Source: Massalongia carnosa (taxonomy: Eukaryota). From it: DNA of 64,000 nucleotides. Numbering within the stretch: position 1 is the first letter of the stretch; each line of letters opens with the position of its first letter. Under the pieces are notes generated by a model. That model saw nothing but the letters and a program-made list of their open reading frames with translations. It was not told where the DNA came from and did not search any database. Shown here piece by piece: positions 57,682-64,000 of this stretch. The translations under genes and the position numbers were made by a program. The stretch lies in contig OZ287077.1 of assembly GCA_965645245.1 (NCBI GenBank), positions 558,001-622,000 on the forward strand, read 5' to 3'.

Positions 57682-58059
57682 CTAAGTGACGATCGAAATT
57701 GTCCCCGGCCCTCCAAAAGCTCCAGCGGTGGAAACGCTCGCCCCATGCTGCTGCGCAACCCCAACCGTGCCTCCGCAATCATTTACAATTTGATTACATA
57801 GCGTAATCGCCTGCGCCGAGCTCCCTGACCAATTGAGGTTCGTCTGGTTGAGGAAGACTTTTACGAGCGGGTTGAGTGGCGCGGTAGCGATTAAGGTGCT
57901 CGCGCCCGTGACAGTGATGGTAGATGGAATAGCGCCGCAGGCGTGGGATGCATCAGCACTTTGGAGCGTGTTGGCGTCGATGTTGCAAGTTGCTGCTGCG
58001 CTGGCCCCTGTAAGAGCCATGGCCGAGAGGAAGACGACAGTGAGGAGCGTGCGTGCCAT
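57682..58059 (-). CDS. Small secreted protein (125 aa, 4 Cys), effector-like
   Basis: Single-exon ORF with clear signal peptide MARTLLTVVFLSAMALTGASA and AAAATGG start context. Confidence 0.75.
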   Translation of the reverse strand: MARTLLTVVFLSAMALTGASAAATCNIDANTLQSADASHACGAIPSTITVTGASTLIATAPLNPLVKVFLNQTNLNWSGSSAQAITLCNQIVNDCGGTVGVAQQHGASVSTAGAFGGPGTISIVT

Positions 58060-61000
58060 TTTGGGGGCTAGATGTTCGATGTTATGGACTGCGGAGCTAT
58101 GGAATGCTAGTTGTATGAATGACGGGAGAACTTCTAACCTTTTGGGATTCGAGCGCTTCTATCTGATGAGCTTGAGGAGAATTTGGGTAGGTATGTTCCA
58201 GCTAACGAGTGCAGATTTGCTCTTGAAAGTAAATTAGTCAGTTGGCTGTTATAAGAGAGGGAGATCAAGGACTCACAAGGCTATAGTTGGCGAAAGGGTT
58301 GATAAATATTATGTTGAAGAGAATGGACAGCTGACTTTAAATCACTACCATTTCCACTGAATTTGAACATGCTTTGAGATTGACTTCCATCGTGATCCGT
58401 GGCGTTTCCACTGATGACTATGCCGGCCAACCGAGTCTTGGATCTCACGTCAGATCTCGTTTCCCCAGTCTATCCATTTTTTAAAAAATTCGCCGAGGCC
58501 AAAGGTCTAGAAATAGCGTCACTATCTATCCACTGCTAGCTGCCTATGAAAACACACAAGAACTCAAAAAGATACCATCCATGAATGAAATCACACAGTC
58601 GTATCCAACCAGACACTGACCACCACTGTGGAGGCTGATACGTAACGACCTACCCACTTGGATTCGAACCTTGACTAGTAGCGATGTTAGCAAATTACCA
58701 AATTAAAAACTAGAGAACTAGCACTCTGACAAGATAACGAAATTATCCAGTCATCAAAAGGCGTTAAAATCTTGTAATCATTTTCTGAAGTTGGAGATGC
58801 CTGCAGGTTGCTAATGCAAGGAAATGATGACTATTCATTTTGGGTGCCAAATAACAAGATTTCTTCCACCCTCCAGCATTGATTAATGTTTTTTCTTAGA
58901 GTGCTTATATAGGTCTAATCTCGAGAGAAGATCTCATTTGGATGGTAAATTATACTCAGCTAATGTAGGAACTAGGTAATCCGCGGAGTTACTAACAAAT
59001 AATTCGAGCAGAATGAGCATATCATATACTCTAGTTAAAGAGGATTATGATAGCGCTAACCTTTGTTGATGATTAATGCTATCCTTAGAAGAGCACTCTT
59101 ATCAACTTCTGATTAGCAGTTTGTGGATTCGATTTGCTAACCAGCCTTCCTGTAAAAATCCGAGGGTTTTTATCGTATGGTGAATCATAGCGGAATAATA
59201 TCAAGGTGGTTTTTTTATACTCTGTATGAGATAGTTAGTTCCACAATTGGCAAGATCTGTTCTTCCTCGTATAACCGAAGTAGAGAAACAAGCGAAAGGC
59301 AATAACATATTCTTATATCTTTCCCACTTAGTGTTGCTAGTAGCTTCTGTCTTGATAGAGTGGCCAGGAAATATTTTGACGGACAGCTCTCCAGCTCAAG
59401 CCATATTGTATCCTAACCTATATAGTCTTTGGTACCCTCTTAGTAGCCATCAAGTAGGTAGTATTCGCTTTAAAGTGATATAGCAGATCCGCCATGCTAC
59501 CTTTCTTTAGATTCGCCACCGTCCCCAATGTACTCGAACATTACACTTAGTTTCGGGGTATTACAGCACCATATATTCAAAGAAGAGTTCTTGTCTTTAA
59601 AGATGATTCATCAGACTAGGCTCGCCCAAACTTGAAGCTGTGCACATTGGGCATATCTGGGATATGCTAGAGTAGATAGTAATCTATCTGCACTGTAAGC
59701 CCTCTTAGGTTACCGACACGGAGCTAGGCTTCACATCCATTGATGATAGAGCTTTTTGAGAAAGCACTCTGCCACTAGAGTACTCGTTTTTCGTATATCC
59801 CAGCCAGCTGTATAGATTTTATGCTCTAGATCCTAAGCGTGCGAACATCGCCGAGACCGTCGTCATGAAGCAAGGACGTTCCCTAATCCACAATATGTTA
59901 ACGAGTTGGGTTTATGAACCAACATAGTTATGCTTGAATTTGATAAGCATGCAACTAAAAAATTGAGGATCTTTGCTAAATCTTACCACATGGAAGCCTC
60001 CCACTTTTGATGATATTCGAGAAGTGTCGTAATACGTAGCCGCACAGCAAATATCTAATCATGCTTCTTGGGGTTCAACTTATAATGAGTGCATCTATCT
60101 GCAGGGTTTCGAAGTTAAGTTTACAAATCGAGTTTTAGCAGTTTCTTGCGCATGAAAACTGTCCTCATCGACAAGGTAAGTATGATCATACGCGTACTTA
60201 TGGGTCTTCGATGTACTCCAACAACTCTTCAATAGATCTAGCATATGAAAGTCAAGCCCACACGGCAAACAGACACAACCTTCAGGTGGTCAACGGAAAA
60301 TCCTTACCATTCTAGTAGTATCCTTGTGCACTATCAAAAGTGAATCCGTAGGTATCCAGGCTCGCTGTGCTAGTTACGTTGTGCTTTCATGGCATAGCCA
60401 CGGCCCATATTAGGCGGCATGTGAATCTATCCGAGGTAGGATAGTTTGTAAGATGATGGGTACGACGATCAGAAGTCCTTCTCGTGTGGCTAGCAAAATT
60501 TTCGAGATGAACGGATAATGTTTGTAAAGACCGAAAATCTGATCATACTCTTAAGTGTATAACGAAGCCATTTCACCTATAGCTACTTTCATCCCCTCAG
60601 ATGAGAAACAAATCTTTAAAAGATAATTTATGACAACTGGAAAGTAGGTTTAATTTTTGTTCAGGGGTCGATGACCTGATAGAACGTAAGTTATACTACC
60701 GTTCATCCGAATGAAGTCTCAATTAATTTAAAGGGTGGAATGAGACGGAGGTTTATTAAGCTAAGATAATGAGAAAAAAGCATTCTCGTTGAGTTCCTCA
60801 CTATGTGTATCATTTTCTTCGGCGAGTCCCTAGAGATAATTCGAAGAAACAAGTTTGGCTGTATCCATATACTATTCTCGTACGGTATCTTTAGGCATCA
60901 ATATAACATCCGCCTATTTAGCACGAAGTAGTTCGTTTCAAGCCTGGCCATAGTAGAGGTTGAGATTCTTATCTTTGAAAGCTGAGGTAGGCCGGATAGG

Positions 61001-61139
61001 TGTATGTATGTAATACTGTCTTTTTAGAGCAAGTAACTGAAGCTCAGCAACGGAACGACCCTAAATAGACATAATTCCAGTAAAGAAATTACTTGAAACT
61101 CCTATCATACCTTTCTACAGCTCTACCTAGAGCAACTAC

Positions 61140-61661
61140 AACATCTTACAATACTACCTATACCATGAAGTATTGTCTCATGACAACTATCAGTCTCGAC
61201 ATGCTGAACTAACCCGCTTAATGTGTTGCACTTCACCCCACAAAATGGACATTGATAGACTTATGGGTCGTGCACAGGTGACACTATGTGGCACGATAAT
61301 TGGAACTTCGTCGGAAATGGCTTAGAACAGCCGATACATTCAAATCTTTGAGTTTGGTTGTTATATGTTCCCTTCTGTTGATGTTCATAGCGCATCTGGG
61401 CTTGAAGGTAATGCTCACGCCCGGGCGTAACATAGTTACCTGACTGATAACATTTCTGAGCAAAGTGGTCCATTTCCTCCGTAGTCGTCACACATTTATT
61501 CGACTCTAGGTAAATCAGCATTCCTGAGTACGTTAAGAGATAGCGCGTGCAGCCAAAGTATTGTGTATATCACGGGGTATATGAAGGATGGAATGCTGTT
61601 AGCCTATTAGTGAGCTGCTGTTTAGGGACGGGATCTTTTCTTGGTAACATTACATGCTGAA
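61140..61661 (-). pseudogene. 3' part of a C2H2 zinc-finger gene, interrupted by a LINE
   Basis: SGMLIYLESNKC, FECIGCSKPF..LSCHIVSPVH, in-frame TAA at 61261..61263, then YQCPFCG..LSGLVQHVETDSC. An intron-like segment at about 61601..61655 abuts the LINE tail. Confidence 0.7.
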
Positions 61662-64000
61662 GATGATGATGATGATGATGATGTATTCATACTCCGATAT
61701 GACACCGGCCGTAGGCCGGCCCATGCGGGCAAAGCTATCTAAGTTATGTTACATGGAAAACCTTTCACAGGTGTAAAAACCATGTTCCTTGATACCCGTC
61801 CGATGTGACTACGTGTCGACGTCGGGCGGGAGACGCAGTGCAAAAGACGTGTGGGAACTGTAATGCCTTGTGAAAAGAGAAGAAAGAAAGAAAGGTTCAA
61901 CTATTGTTGATTTTACAATAATGTTGATGCTAGTGAGAATTGATTCAATAAGCCTGTTTTCATTAGCCAAGCAGTTAGTATCTTCAGAGTTTTTGATGAT
62001 TTGGTCAGCTGCTGATAGTCGCTCGTGCCGGCGGCGCGAAACATCTGTTCTCTATTGTCAATAAGTCTGCAGAACATGATTACATGTTCTGGAGTTTGTC
62101 TGTGCCAGCCACATGAGCAGGCCGGTGAGGTGACGGAGGGCACCCGTCGCTTGTAGAGGAAGTCAGCTAACCCGATCTTGCCAGTGCGGATTTGAGTTGT
62201 TAGAGCGCTTTCTGCCTTTTTTAGCTGCGTGTGTATTTTCAGCCGTTTTTTGCTCAGTGGGACTGATTGTGCTATGGAGGGTTCGATGACGCGATTTTGA
62301 TATGCGCACCACGAGTCGTTCCAGACCTTCATTTGTCGTGCTTTGATTGTTTGCATCTGCTTGTGTCGGGCCGTTGCCGCAACGGTAGCTTCGCGGTGCC
62401 ACGCCGGGTAGACTTCGAACCATGGTGGGTGTGCCTTTGGTGGTTGAACTATTTTTGAGTCGATCAGTAGGCTTTTGGCCCAGATGTGTTTCAGCTCTCC
62501 CGGGGTGGGCTTTTGAAGTCGTTTGCGACCTGCCTTGCCTCGAAGTTTGTCAGCTATTTTGTTGCATGCGGAGGAGATGATCTTCAATTGGCCTCCGGCT
62601 CGGAGCCGGTGCCTTGCCTGTGCTTGTAGCATGTCGAGATGCGTGTCTATGGGTGCTATGAATGTCTCTGCTTCTAGTACTGAGATGGGAGTGGCTTTAA
62701 AGGCACCGGCTATGGTGCGAAGGCAATTGTTTTGCATGACGGAGAGCTTGCTCGTTGACGTTTTTGACTTTTTGACTTCTTTGGGCATGTGCCATACGGT
62801 TGACCCATATGTCATGGCCGGACGCACCACGGCACTGTAAACCTGCCTTGCCTTGGCGAAGGTGGCACCCCAAGTTGATGTGGAAATTTTTGTCAATGCC
62901 ATGGATTGTTTGACCATTTTCTCTTGCGTTTTGCGAACGTGCGGTCCCCATTTCAATTTGGTGTCGATTTGTAGGCCCAATACTCTGATGTCCGTTTTAG
63001 GTTCAATTTCGGTGCTAGCAATATTGATGGATGCAGTCATGTTGAATCTTTTGGGATTTCTGGACAAGTGTATGAGTTCGTACTTCGTCGGAGCAAATAC
63101 GGATCCGTGCCGGGAAGCCCACGTCTCACATTGTCTGTGTATTGCCTCTAGAGTTTTGCAGTTTTCCTCGGTGCTTTTTCCATATGCCAAAATGTTTGCG
63201 TCGTCTACGAATCCTATGGCACTTGTGTTTTTGCCTGGTCGATCACATATTTCCAACAGATCTGCATTGTAAAATAGGTAAAGAATGGATGACAGGGGAG
63301 AGCCCTGCGGGATACCCGTTCTTACCGCAAACCGCCCAGTGACTTTTCGATTTATTGCTAAAGTGGTGCTTCGATCGCTCAGAAAGCTGTTTAACCAGTC
63401 GATGATCCATTTTGGAATTTTTCTTTTCCGTAGGTTGTGCGTTAGTCGTTGATGTGATACCGTATCGAACGCGCCGGCGACGTCCATGCTTAGCAGTGTG
63501 GCTACTTTGTCTTTTCCCTGTCCCCAAATCGTGTGAACCTGTTCAGTTAGCAGTTCCAGTGCTGACTCTGTGGATCTGCCCTTCCTTGCTCCCATCTGTG
63601 TATCGGGTAGGAGCCGGTGTTTTTCCGCCAGATAGGTTATTTTCGATGCAATGATGGATTCCATAACTTTACTGAGCGTGTTGAGCAGTGCAATTGGTCG
63701 GTAGGCTTTCGGCGTGGTATAGTCTCCTTTGCCTATTTTTTTCAGCGCTATTGTGTTTGCCATTTTGAAGGCCCGCGGGTGGTACGAGTGTGTGACGCAC
63801 GCCTGAAACAGAGGTGTTAGTAGTTCGACAAGTATTTCGCTGCATGCTTTGAGTATTCTGTTAGATATGCCGTCTGGGCCCGGTGCCTTATCGGACTTGA
63901 GCCGACTCAGGGCCGTCGATACTTCTGACTTGGTGATGATTATTGGGCAGTGCGGCGATGTAGGATAGAAGGATCCTTCTATGTCGCTTAGGTCGGCCGG
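61662..64000 (-). mobile_element. Tad1-like non-LTR retrotransposon (LINE), 3' part; runs off the window edge
   Basis: ORF2 RT motifs YRPIALLNT, MDVAGAFD, GIPQGSPLS and FVDD, with C-terminal CSCG..EHVIMFC and stop at 61913. The 3' UTR ends in GAATAC followed by an (ATC)7 tail. Confidence 0.95.

Overview
Eukaryotic DNA from a filamentous ascomycete (Pezizomycotina; short GT-AG introns with CTRAY branch points). The exact taxon cannot be assigned from this window. Conserved genes are a BTB-like protein, RTF2, glucosidase II beta, a 1324-aa hypothetical, a TMEM135-like protein, an MFS transporter, DUF2458, tRNA-Asp, a COX14-like protein, TOR kinase and a GRE2-like reductase. Between them lie two transposon- and pseudogene-rich blocks (about 26-38 kb and 54-64 kb). 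Mobile DNA includes: two copies of an unclassified hairpin-rich MITE family with 7-8 bp target-site duplications (TSDs); a degenerate intron-containing Crypton tyrosine recombinase; a reconstructable nest (pogo/Fot1 host containing a Tc1 that contains an intact Tc1, plus a solo LTR); a piggyBac-like element without TTAA flanks; and a Tad1-like LINE inserted in a C2H2 gene. Several accessory genes are pseudogenised: a GH24 lysozyme, an expansin/DPBB-like gene, DUF1989 and the C2H2 gene. Exon boundaries were derived by hand. Family names come from recognising motifs, not from database searches.
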